64,000 nucleotides of DNA from Eutreptiella sp. 'Long Island Sound 2002' (GCA_964036045.1 OZ038378.1:180048001-180112000), one strand, 5' to 3'. Shown: positions 1-11,508, counted from the stretch's first letter. Notes: generated by a model from the letters alone, not told the origin. Program-made: numbers and translations.

Positions 1-430
1 TGGAAGTATGCCATTTCCTCTACCCGTGTGTGCAACCTCCTCTCCAAAGCAGCCACACACAGCAGATAGACAATTATGCCAGTTATGTACCCACAACGTG
101 TGGCACAGCCTGACTTTAGGCATCTGTGGCTCTCACACGAATGGGAGCTTTGACACAGCCACAGCTTAATCTTGTTTCTTCGGTGCTTCTCCACGTCAAC
201 GAAAAGATGTCGCGATGTCTTCGCATGGCGGGATGTCTGCGCAACTGTGCCAAATGGTGTGGGCCCCGGCACGTAGGACCTGCTCTACAACCCTCTGGAG
301 ACGGTCACAGTCCAAAAGCTGTGGGATCCCGAACTTATATGCAGCGTTTCGTGTGGGAAAGGGCTGCCCTTTGGCAATGAGAGATTTCCTTCTCTTTTCT
401 TTGGCCCTCAGGACGGCCTCAGGGTATCGG
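1..430 (-). mobile_element. Decayed non-LTR retrotransposon reverse transcriptase fragment
   Basis: Frameshifted minus-strand peptides PFPTRNAAYK...DRLQRVVE (like RPI-LLN-DYK...RL) and HLFVDVEK (like LF-D-EKAFD). Confidence 0.5.
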
Positions 431-829
431 TTGCAGGATAGGTCAAGGTTGGCGCTTAACTGATGGCAGTTGATTGTCAACCAAGGCGAATTGGCCCATG
501 CAGCAGTTACTCGTTGGCTGGCGCTCTGCTGAGGTCAGAGCATACGGAAGACAGGCACTTTTTGTTGTTTCATTTTGGCAGTGAGGACAGCCCTAGTGTG
601 GGGTGCCAGTGCAGCCTAATTGAACATGGCTTCTGGTAGCACGAAGCAACTTGTCTATTTCACCCTCGGGACATATTTGGACCTGTACTCACATGCGCAC
701 ATTGCATGTACTGGAGCCTGAGCACAGTTCATCCACTCCAACACTTTGCATTGCGATGTGTATGCTCCGGCGTGCAAAAGATGGGCACTGACCGCACGGT
801 CCCCTCAACAAATGACGCTTCCTGCCAAC

Positions 830-1312
830 GTTCTTGTGTCACTCATGTGCCAATGGTGACTCTGGCACGCGGTGACCCTTACGGCCTTACGGCGGACGAC
901 TTTGTCGGACTCCCGATGGGACATCCGAGGGGCCACCGCACAGCGCATGAAGCGCTTGCGGGACGAGAACCCACCCGAGACACACAAGAAACGGAGGACA
1001 GAGACGCCGGAGGTTCCTAGTGATCTCCAGGATATGGAAATCCCGCTGGAGGACATGGGCGATGTCATAGTCTTGACTGGATTGTAACACCCCGAGAGGT
1101 CCGGGAGGACGCGCATACCCGTGCAAACGGGGCGACAGGGGTGGGGCAAGGCGCAGGACTCGTTCCTCCCGCCACCCCGCCGCAGCCGTCTTGGTGAGGG
1201 TAGGTCATACCAAACCCATACCCAAAGTCGGCCCTGTCACTGACCCATGACCTGCTATGTGTACTCTCAATGGACACTTGGTGGAACTTCGGTCACGAGT
1301 TAAAAAAAAAAA
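830..1312 (+). mobile_element. 3' end of a retroposed element: basic ORF tail, 3' UTR, poly(A)
   Basis: ORF tail ...RMKRLRDENPPETHKKRRTE...VLTGL* (stop 1085-1087), GC-rich UTR with an aggtcat/atgacct inverted repeat, A-run at about 1302-1312. Confidence 0.5.
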
Positions 1313-3889
1313 TTTTTAATTTCTTCACCCCCTGCATGCGCAAGAGACGGCCTTGTCCAAGGTACAGTATGTGTCCAGACCAATTTCGGACCCAGGCATC
1401 TCTGCACAACCCTCCCGCCACTGGCTCCTCATAACCTTTCGACGTCTTGTAGTGACAGGGAGCTGTAGTTGTGCATCAGGGTGTACAGCAGATATCTGAA
1501 TTTTGACTTTATCCAGGTTGCCATGGAATGCAGTATTTATGGCCTCTGGCCCAGACTTTGCTGTGGTGTATACATATGATGCAGTCCAGGCTACTGTGTG
1601 CATATCTCTGGGGGTCGTTGCATTTCATGCCAACACGGAGCGTTTTCAGGGGTTGGTGCCTTTGTTGCTTCATTTGTTCCCGCTGAGTGTCCCAAAGGGG
1701 GGGGGGGGGGGTGTGGGGTATATTCCCAAAGCCCTTGAAAAGGGCTATTTGGAACACCCTGGGTCTGGATGCTGTACTGACGACATGTTTGAGAATTTCG
1801 TCCGTTTTGGACGGTGTGTCTGCTAGGTGCTGCCTCTGTTTGTCAATAGGCAGCTACCATGTCTGCATACAATTCACATGACGTGCTGTTGCTTCCCCCG
1901 ATGCACCACAGAAACCTTTGGTGCGCAAAAAGGCTTGCTCTGGGGGTGCAGAGTGGGTGCAGGTGACTCGGCACCCTGCCAAGCAGGCCAAGAAGCTGCG
2001 AACAGCAAGTTTGCAGCAACCTGCATGCAACCACAAGGAACACCAGATTCTGTCCAACGCTGAGGCCACTGCTTTTGCAAACCATGCCCTTGAACACAGG
2101 GTGGGTGCCAGTCAAGGCATGCAGGCTGCAGGATTGGGGAAAATTGAAGAAATATGTTCCCAGTCACAAGCAGGGGGATGTGTGCCCCAATGGAGTCCCA
2201 GCCCTTGTGGACAGGGGCAACAATGACAACGACTCGGATTCTGAATAATGAGTGATCCCTTGAGCATTGCCTCATCATGTGCGGTGTTTCATTTACAGCT
2301 CTGTTCTCAAAACCGTGACCACCTATCCCCACCCCCACCCCATACATTTTTGAAACGACCTTTTCTCACAGATTTCAAAAAGCATACAAATAACCCCCCT
2401 AGGTAACAACATTTTGGTGCAGTGGACCAAAAATTGAAATATCCCAGAAAAAATTGCAAATTCGCTCCATGTTGGCAGGAACAGGATGTCCCTGAGAGAT
2501 ATGGCAGATGTGTGGATATGTGTAGTACATATTTGAACACTGAGAACATTGGCTGGAATTGCCTAGGCGGGGGCATCCAGTTTCTGCAACCGACCATCAT
2601 TGTGCCTAACCTTTTGAGCGCAAGTCATGTGCGTTGCAAAGTGCGTGTGCTGCTGACTACGGCACAAAAACCAACCAAACTGAGAAGCCAACGCAACAGC
2701 AACAGGCGAAGTGGGTTGTGGGGGGTGCTGCAGCGGGGACAGGGTGGGGGCCTCGTCGTCATTTTGGGCTCCAAGTATATCTCTAGAGATATCTGTGCAG
2801 GTAAGTGGAGTGTTTGGATAAGTGGTCGGACGTCCACTGGGAAGTTTCAGCTTTGGGACTCAAGGTACCCAAGGTGTGGACCCCGCCACGTTTGGCAGTC
2901 AAGGGTGATGACAGAGCAGATCAGATGGCAAAGGTGCGCAGAGAGATGCATCCAAAGAAGAGATCACTTTTGTCCAAGCCACCAGCTATTGCAAGAGCTA
3001 TCTCGAGTGCCATCTGGAAAGCGGGCTTCGCCGACTTAACTAGTTTTTGGACCTGCGCCATCACGGGCCCTAGGCAAGGCTAGCGGCTGCAAAAAAACGT
3101 GCTTATGTGTCCTAAGGTGTGCATAGCATCACAACATCCCCAGTTGCATCCCTCAGACCAAAAAAGGACCATTTTACTGCGACATCAGTGACACAGGCAA
3201 GGGGTGGCATTGCGACAGCGGGTTTAGATGTTAGATGGAACAGGGTTGAAGAGGTGAAGGGATGGGTAATCAAGAGATGGCATAAGCCACAGGAGGGCAC
3301 ACCCGGGCACAATGTGCGGGGGTGCCCGGCGGCGCTTTGTGAACACTTGGGATTACCTCTCCCAACGCATACCAGCATCTGGCTGAACATGTGGTTGTGT
3401 AGTGCTGGGCTGCTTGCTGAACACATTTGGACGTGTATGGACATTGCTGTGGCATAGACCTGTTGGTGGGGGTCTGATACCAATGTTTCCACCATTTCAC
3501 CAAGCTACACCTTGAGTAAGCCACATGACCCATTGAGATACAACTGAACAGAGCTATTTCTTTGTTCATTTGGCAGAGTTCTGACACTCTTTTGTTTGAA
3601 GATAGTTGTTGGTTGTTGGTTGTATGCTGTGCCATTGGACCTCATACTGTGTCTTTGCAGTGCTGACTCTGTGTCTTGAGGTGGGCATTGGCCCTGCTGC
3701 TGTTGAAGGAGTAGCACCCTCGCCCACCCATGTCCGGCCAGTGTGTTTGGGGGGGGGGGGGGGGCGGGGGTCACTGGCTAGTTCCTGAAAAAAAACGTGT
3801 CAGTGTCATATTGCACAGGGGTGCTCAACTGTGAGGCCTCATTATCTTGACAGCCGTGCGGGCCACCTCACCAACCCCACGTCCAACGG

Positions 3890-4176
3890 AATCACTGTAC
3901 AACCGGCAGTGATGATGAAGATGGTGGTGATGAACACGATGCATCCACCTCCTATGAGTCAACCTCATGGGACCTGATGGGTTCGCCTCAGGCAGGCCTG
4001 GGTCTGTGCACTCTAGTGGCAGCGATAGTGTGCATAGTGTTTCGGAAGGTGAGGTGATCAACAGTGGTGGAGGTGGTTGAGGAGGGAGATTGTCCAACCA
4101 CTAATGAGGACAGTGCAATGGACAGTGACATTGAAGTGTTTTGGGCAAAGTCTGCCCGGCCTAGCCTAGGGGTTAG
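3890..4176 (+). pseudogene. 5' half of a decayed acidic-linker/VWAK-domain ORF (pogo-associated), split by a Harbinger insertion
   Basis: GSDDEDGGDEHD...DSDIEVFWAKSARPSL matches DNDVEVVWAKSARVVW at about 15640. Confidence 0.6.
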
Positions 4177-5483
4177 GGGGGAGCGTAAGCGCGTTGGGCG
4201 CGCCCCGGGCATTTTTTTTTTAACCCCTGTCCCACGGGTGACCTTTTAGGGGGTGCACTAAGGGGGCGCACTTAGCGCAGTGCAGCTATTTGGGCGTGTG
4301 CCCGTACTAGAGACCCATACTTTGAGATACTAGGGGCATCATCGTTACCCCTAGCATAGGTTTTGAGATCTGATTTTGTCCCCTTTGTTGGGGACCCCGA
4401 GAATGCAGGGATGATGTAGCATTTCCGCCCTCTTTCGGGCCCCCGAGAAGGCAGGGGTGAGGCAGCCAATTCTGATTTCGTCCCCCATTGTTTGGGGGTC
4501 CCCGAGAATGCAAGGGTGACATAGCATATCCGCCCTCTTTTGGCCGATAGGTTGAATCCTTTCAACCATTGCCCCCATTTTCCATTCTTTATGATGCATT
4601 TCATAGACTCCATGCCCATCAATTCCATTGGCGGGATATGGAGTGCAGACCTATGGAATCCTAAATATGTGTCGAATGTTTACAAGGTGACTATTGCCGT
4701 TGATGTGTTGGGCAACATTATATGGATTTGCCCCTTGGCCCCCGGGACATCAGCAGATGTTTTGATTTGGGATGGGTATGGACGTTCTGGTGCCCGAGGT
4801 GATTTCTTTGATTTCGAAGTTGGGGGCCATGATGGTGCTTATAAAGGCCGGATTCATGTCATTGTGCCATTCATTGGAAGAAAGAATGGCACTTTGATTG
4901 CCCGCTAGCTCTCTTACGATGACGTGCACGGGTGGTTTAGGGCACGCATTGAGCGGCTGTTTGCTCGGTTGTGGCATTGGGGTTGGTTAGGAACATTTGG
5001 CGTGGCGGCGTCATTGAGTTGCACCACTCAGTCTGCATTTTGTTGCATTTTACGCAATTTTGCATTCGCAGGCAAGTCTCTTACCCCCCCCTATGGACCA
5101 CGGGAGCATGTCCCGCCTCATGTTTGGACTGACCAAAGCAACTCGGCCGCCACGCAAGATGAGGCAGAGGATGAGGCAGAAGTGTGTGTGTTGTGTTTTC
5201 AGAAGCGCTCCACCGTCGGAGTTTGTGATGAGTGTAAGGAGCAGCATTGTACCGAATGTATTAACACCCACACTTGTGGGAGCAATGTTGTTTGTTAAGT
5301 ACAATACAAATGACAGTTGGAGTGGTTGAATTCACAGATATTGCTTTATTATGCAACGTGCTTTGTAGGGAAGGTGTGCAGTGCAACGTGGTCTACTCGG
5401 GGGGCTTATCCATGAGAGGGTAAATCTGGGGCTGAAGTCAGGATAGTTAATAGAAAAGTAGCGCGCCGGGCAAACACTCCCCC
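4177..5483 (+). mobile_element. PIF/Harbinger-like (DDE_Tnp_4, IS5-like) DNA transposon, defective
   Basis: TAG target duplication (4174-4176, 5484-5486); TIR GGGGGAG[C/T]GT; transposase motifs YKVTIAVDVLGNIIWI...GTSAD, DGAYKG, RARIERLFARL; in-frame TAG at 4906 and frameshifts. Confidence 0.85.
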
Positions 5484-5486
5484 TAG

Positions 5487-5692
5487 GCCACATTTTTGGG
5501 GACATCTCGGAGGAAACGTGTATCCCCAAAAAGCTTGAGGCACCAACCGTTGCCAAACCTGCACACAAACGTGGAAAGCAGCAAAGTGTGGTGCAGCCAA
5601 TTTGTCCATCCCAGTCGCTAATGCAGTTAATCAAGACTATGTGGGACCGCAAGAGGAAGTTTTACTTTGTCCCTGTTCAGCAGTTGGGGTAG
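5487..5692 (+). pseudogene. 3' half of the split VWAK-domain ORF
   Basis: GHIFGD...CIPKKLEAP...KTMWDRKRKFYFVPVQQLG* parallels GHVFDG...WIPKDLAPP...KVCYSRTQKFFTVPVDPQ* at 15690-16009. Confidence 0.6.
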
Positions 5693-7299
5693 GCAAAAAA
5701 CGGTGAATAGATGCTGTACATTGAAACATAGAGAGAAGCGACTAGCACACTAGTGTGGTACACGTCGCTATGCCGGAAAGCAGTCCAGAAACACTGCACC
5801 AACGCGCGCAGGTGAACTACAAACCGAGGCGGCCGGGAAAACACAAAAAAGGGCAGACGTGGGACGGACCCACCCCGGATGCCCGGGCGCGCACACGGCT
5901 GGAAAAAGCCGCCACCATGGACACCGCCAACGCGCTCTTGCGCTTGTTGCCTCAGCACCCCCCCCCCCCCCCCCGCCGTGTGCACACGTACAAGAATCTG
6001 TCTCCTCTTGCTGCGTGCCCCCCCCCCCCCCCCGGCGCCCAAACAGGGTCTCGGCCCTTTGTCCCTGTACACCATGAGTGGTGTGACCCGTGCCCACCAC
6101 ATGTGGACAGTTACCCGGCGCACTTGGCTGCCAATGTCCGAGCGCACTGCCACCTCAACGTGGGTGCACGTCGGCTCACCCAGTGGCTTCATAAGGTTCT
6201 AGCCGCATGGTGCTGAACCAGAGACCGGAACCAGAAATTTTGGGCATGCATTTCTGGTTCCGGCACTCAGTGGCACGTGCGTCCCTAGTCATGAGGGAGC
6301 AAGTTGCTACCTCTTTGTCTCCTCTTCACTCATATGCGCGCTCATACCTCCCCACGTTGTCCTTACATGTGTAGCTGTGTGCGGTCTGTGCCCAGCAGGT
6401 GCAGACTATCGAGGGGGCCACCCTCCACCATCTAGGGATGGCCCATCAGCGGTACACCAATTGGGCGACCATGGTGGTGTACTATATGCCAGCCCACAAC
6501 CATTACCATGACAGTGGCTGCACATGGCGTGTCAAGGTGTGGAACAGGTGTATTTTGCGTCTTTCGAGAAGGTCTCTTGGGGCCTTTGGGGGGAGTATGA
6601 GGCCAAGTTGCGTGATTTCTGCTATCACCACTATGTCAGGGCGCGCAGGGAAAAGTTTACCCTTTTCTCTCGCGCTGCATCCCATAGCACTCAGCAGTAT
6701 CTGGCGGGACAAGCCACTCGGTGGACTGAGACCCGAGACTACTGGTTGACCAACGCTTGGGCTCAAAGAGTGCCATTTGGCTGCGGAGGCCAACTATGTG
6801 CGCTGCCTCCTTCTCAAGCGGAAACGTGCCCATTCCCCCGATGGTATGACCTGCAAGCAGGCCCGCACCCATGATAGGTGGGATTCATGTGTGGTACAGC
6901 TCACTGGGTCTCCATTGCGACAAGCCCACCATATAGACGCCATACAGCTTACGGGATGTCCTATTTGCTGGAATGCAGCATTCGCAGACAACGGCTCGTT
7001 CTCCCCCTGCACATTGGCCGAGGGTGTGTTTTTCGGCGCGTCCCACGTCTGCCCTCTCTCCTTGTTACACGGCACCTTACCTTCGCAGTCCTTGACCGGT
7101 GGGCTCGTTGGGCGGGGCGGGATGGGCGGGCGGGGCGGGTGGGCGGGCAGGGGGGGGCGGGCGGGGCGGGGCGGGGCAGGCTCTTCGGAGCCGTGGCAGA
7201 TCACACCTCTGCATAATGTGTACAAATGTGTACAGTAGCAAGGACAAGAAGCAGTGTCACAGGCAGTTCTCCAATATACACATGTTGTACATTATGCCC

Positions 7300-7490
7300 C
7301 CCTTGAAATCCCCCCCCTTTGCGATTTGATCTGCCCCCCGCCCCCTTGGTGGGGGGGACTGTCACTTGGCCCAAAAGCACAGGAAACACTAGGCGCTTGC
7401 TGCAGTTTAAGTGCTACCGTTGTGTGGTGCAACCCCCCCTCCCCCGCAAGGGGGACCATGAAGTGACGTGAAGGGAACCGTCACTTCATG
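7300..7490. repeat. Dispersed CCGTCACTT foldback repeat family member
   Basis: 12-bp perfect hairpin catgaagtgacg/cgtcacttcatg (7457-7490); blocks shared with 13430-13510 and 63780-64000. Confidence 0.7.
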
Positions 7491-9659
7491 ACCCCCCCCC
7501 AACCCCACCAACCAATCTTATCAAGACCAAGAACGCAAGGGGGACTGGCACTACCAGAACCAGAACTGTTTCTTATGCACCAGGCAGCGGCTCCGTTCGT
7601 CAGCCTGTTGGGAGAGCCTCACAAATTCCCTGACAAGGCAGTGGAGACCTTCTATGCATGGGCAACAGCCATAGGGTTCACACCATCCAAGGACAACCTT
7701 CCATATATTCAACTGGGCATGGTCCGAACGGCAGATCTCACATTTTTGGGATGGTCGGCGAAGGCACACTCCAACATTCAGCGAGTGGCCCCGCAGGTGG
7801 CCCCCCCGACGAACCGGGACCGCCTGCCGTTGTGGCACTCTGTGTATTTCCGAAATGAATTCCGCTGCTCCTACTACAACACGAAATTGATCCGGCAGGG
7901 GGTGCTGACGTGGGGTCAATTCCAAGCATTGGAGGACGCAAGACTGTTCAATGCACTGCCTCGGACATGGAAAGGGGTCTACAATCATGGCGGACGACTC
8001 CTCAACAAAGTCCCGTCAAAAGGGGGGTATGATACCCCCGCAGTCCACACCCAAAACTGGACCAGGGCATGGCTGCTCCAGTTTTACGCCTCTCAGCCAG
8101 GGGTCCGCGACCCGCAAACGCCGGAGGTATGGGAACAGTTTGCACAGGCACAGCTACCGCCGAGGGCTCAAGACTTTGCGCGCAAGGCATTGTGGCACAA
8201 ACTGACCGTACATGCAAGAGTCTACAAGAGGTCAGGCACCGACAAGTGCCCGTTGTGCTCACAAAAGGAGACGGTTAAACATGCGATGGTCGAATGCCCC
8301 ATGTTCAAAGCGGCAGCGGCGGTGATACAGCATTACTATGGCCAGGTGACAACTGACAACGGGACATCCACAGTTCGAGATATGATGGAGTCCGACGACC
8401 AAGAATGGTTGCTGAAGACGAACCAAGGCTGGGCGATGTGGTCAGCAAGAAGTGCCCATTGGCGATATCGATGCGAAGTCAAGGCAGGAGCGTCGCCAGT
8501 GTTCACGTCATACCTTACGACATGGCTCAGGGAGCTATGTGAGTGGGTGGGATTCTACACAGGGGAGCGCAGGGAACAATGGAAAGGTTTTCAAAAGTCA
8601 CTGGAGCAACTTCGAGACACCGGGGTGCAGCCGCGACAAGGGGAAGTGCAAGTACATGGGGGACTGCATGCGTGGTGGCAAACACACACGGAGTGCTTCA
8701 CCCAAGAAAAATCAGCCGACAACCATAGTTGGCAAAGGGCAACGGAACCACGTCCGAAGCGCCCGAGGCAGGCAGGCCCGGGAGTGCTACAAGGAGTGCA
8801 AGATCTGATTGCAGAATTGGTGGAGAAGGGCTACAGGATAGTGTACACTGATGGGTCGTCGAAGCGATTGAGCCACAAGGACATGCGCAGGGCTGGGGGA
8901 TTTGGCGTGTTCGCGGCGGAAGACGACCAAGAACCGGAGGTGCGCTTCTGTGGCTACGTACCAACACATCACAGGCAAACAAACAACGGGGCAGAGCTAT
9001 GGGCAGCCGTGGAAGCCTTACAGGGATTCTGGGTGCCAAAACTGGCAATTCTCACCGACTCGCAGTACCTGCAGTTGGGAGCGACTGGCAGGGCCCAACA
9101 CTGGAAGTCAAAGGGATGGACAACCTCATCTGGAAAACTGCAAGTCCACGTCACAGTCTGGGAAATCCTGCTCCGGGAAATGGCGACGCCGGGACGAGAA
9201 GTCAGGTGGGAACATGTCCCAGCACATGTCAACGTGCAGGGAAATGAAATGGCGAAGGGATTGGCCATGGAGGGCATGTGTTCCAGCCCACTATGGTCAC
9301 AGCGTGCTGCACCAACATCATCATCGGGGTCAGACTCTACGGTAGGTTTGAGGGGAGGGTCGGGGTCAGAGTCAGAGGGCACAAGGGCACTCTGGTCTTC
9401 CTTGGGTATGGTACCCATGGACAGTGATGAACTGACAGGGGAAGCATCCGGGGAGCCAGCGCCACGTGAGATGGGACCGTACTCCTCAAGCAGTACAGAA
9501 AGTGAGGAAATGAGGACAGGGCACACAAACCAGGGAGTGCTGTCGAGTGCACTGTCAGCAGCAGACACACTGTCCTTCAGCACTGATGTGAGTGAAACCA
9601 GGCGACAGCGCAAGAAGCGAAGGCTCAGGAAGCGCAGGAACTCAGGACAGGGTCGTTAA
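7488..9659 (+). mobile_element. 5'-truncated L1/Tx1-like LINE ORF2: RT thumb, zf-RVT zinc finger, RNase H
   Basis: 723-aa open frame: SRPRTQGGLALP; PLWHSVYF; FARKALWHKL...CPLCSQKETVKHAMVEC; RNase H motifs VYTDGS, QTNNGAEL, ILTDSQY, HWKSKGW, WEHVPAHVNVQGNEMA. Confidence 0.9.
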
Positions 9660-9709
9660 TGACAGAACCAGTAGCCCCTGCACAATGGTGCAGACACCTC
9701 GCACAGTCT

Positions 9710-9815
9710 GAAGCACCTGTGTTCTGACGCAGAGTTTGCAACACATGAGCTGCGTCTTGTCGCAGTAGAGCCTGCAACACACGAGCTGTGTTCTGTTGCA
9801 GTGAGCAGCAACACG
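9710..9815 (+). repeat. Degenerate tandem repeat, unit about 35 bp (gcaacacaYgagctgYgt...)
   Basis: Units start at about 9738, 9774 and 9808, between the LINE ORF and the next ORF. Confidence 0.6.
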
Positions 9816-9875
9816 CACAGGAGAACACCAAGCAGCTGAACGCCGCGTCCTGTCGCGGACAGGCACCCAGGCGTC

Positions 9876-10517
9876 ATGCCGTCTGGGAGGACGCAGCAGG
9901 AGAAGGGAACTCACCAGCAGCGGTATGGCCCGTACACACACATCCAGCCAACCCCAAAGAAGGTCAAGCCTCAGCAAGAACGCCAACGTTTCAAGGTGCA
10001 AGCACTGAGTCAGCTGGACGCCATTGCGAACGAAGGACTGCAAGCAGTTGAAGCAGAACTGACCAAAATGGCCTGGGCCCGCAATCAGCAGATCTGGATC
10101 CGACTGGACCAACCACATGACACCAGGATGCGTTGTGAGATTGTGGACAACCATGGGGAACCACTGCAGATGAGCAATCAGGAGCTCTACTCGGTGATGG
10201 TCCAGATCAACTGGACCCTGAAGACCCAGGCTTTGGCGAACATGCAGGTCCAGTGGCGACCCAAAAGTGCAGGCAAGTGGCACCCGTTCCAGTGGGAGGC
10301 GATCCTCCACTGTCCGACGGCAGAAGGGCATAGAGCGGTGCCCTCCTCGGTAAGCAGAATTGGCGATTGCATGCATGTGTGGCTGGCAGGCCGAGCGGAC
10401 CTCTTGCGACTGTTCCAAAGAACGCTGTTCAGGCAGGCGGACCCGGTACCCGGGGACGCTGTGCGGTTCCTTTACACACTGCTGAACACACCCCCATGCG
10501 AAAGAAGATATGCATGA
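9876..10517 (+). CDS. Orphan 213-aa ORF, probably retroelement-encoded
   Basis: Intronless, base composition like the adjacent LINE ORF, protein-like sequence; no family recognised. Confidence 0.5.
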   Translation: MPSGRTQQEKGTHQQRYGPYTHIQPTPKKVKPQQERQRFKVQALSQLDAIANEGLQAVEAELTKMAWARNQQIWIRLDQPHDTRMRCEIVDNHGEPLQMSNQELYSVMVQINWTLKTQALANMQVQWRPKSAGKWHPFQWEAILHCPTAEGHRAVPSSVSRIGDCMHVWLAGRADLLRLFQRTLFRQADPVPGDAVRFLYTLLNTPPCERRYA

Positions 10518-10593
10518 CAGGGGGTGACAACAAGGAGAAGAAGAGTGAAGCGCATGGTGCCATGGTGCCATGGTGCCATGGTGCAGATAACCC

Positions 10594-10664
10594 ATCGTCG
10601 TGGCCCAGTGGATACACCGCACCTCTTCTGTCCCGTGGAGGATGGTTCGAACCCCGGGGGGGAT
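10594..10664 (+). pseudogene. Degenerate tRNA-like sequence or tRNA-derived SINE head
   Basis: A-box TGGCCCAGTGG (10601-10611) and B-box GGTTCGAACCC (10644-10654) at tRNA spacing; acceptor stem 5/7 paired, other stems broken. Confidence 0.45.
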
Positions 10665-11508
10665 AGAGATGCACCAAGCAACCCGAACCCCCTTTTTTGG
10701 GCGCGGGAGAGAGGGAAAGAGACACAGAGTTAGAGAGAGAGAGGGTAGAGCACGGTGAGAAAGGAACAGAGAGGCGCAACAGAAGAGGATGAGCAGGGGA
10801 GAGCACGAGAGAATGGGAGGGAGAGAGTAGGAAAGAGACCCACAGAGCGAGAGACCGGGGCTAACCGGCGCAAAGGGAGGTGGTGGGTTCGAGCTGACCA
10901 GGGTTCGGGCTGAGCAGGGTGGGTTCGAGCAGAGCGAGGTGAAAGGGACGCCACGGAGACACGGAACAGTCAAGAAATGAAAAAGCAGGGCGCCGTAGCG
11001 CCCCTGAGCCACAGGCACAACATGTTGTCACGTGTTGCACAGCCAAAGCACGACTGGGGCGGCGAGAGTGCGGCCCATGTGAGGATGACGAAAGCAAGTA
11101 GGCATGAAAGTGTGGGCGGCATGCGCATGCATCGTGGGGAGCAGACGTGGTATGCGCCACACGCATAACAGCAATGATTTGTTGAGTTGCCTGACAGACG
11201 GAGCGCATGCTGAAATTCTGAGACGCCTTTGCGCCAGCCAAGGCGCCATTGCGCCCCTAAGGATGGAGTTTGACACGACCTCACGACCTGCAGGGCAAGG
11301 GTTAGAGACTAACCGGCACTGTGGGTGGGTGGTGGGTGCGAGCTGACCTTGATGTCCAGAGGAACAGTGCCAATGCACAGCCAGCAGCCACCTGGTGTGG
11401 TACAGAACTGGTCTACGCTGCAGTGCAGCAAGCAAAACACTGAACAATGTGGTTATGACCATGCGCCTGTGACACGGGGGCGTATGCGAGCCCAGTTTCC
11501 GTTGCCTC

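Noticed and set aside
8969-11018. Long minus-strand ORFs of 214 and 458 aa
   Set aside because: Antisense shadows of the LINE and orphan ORFs plus purine-rich simple sequence
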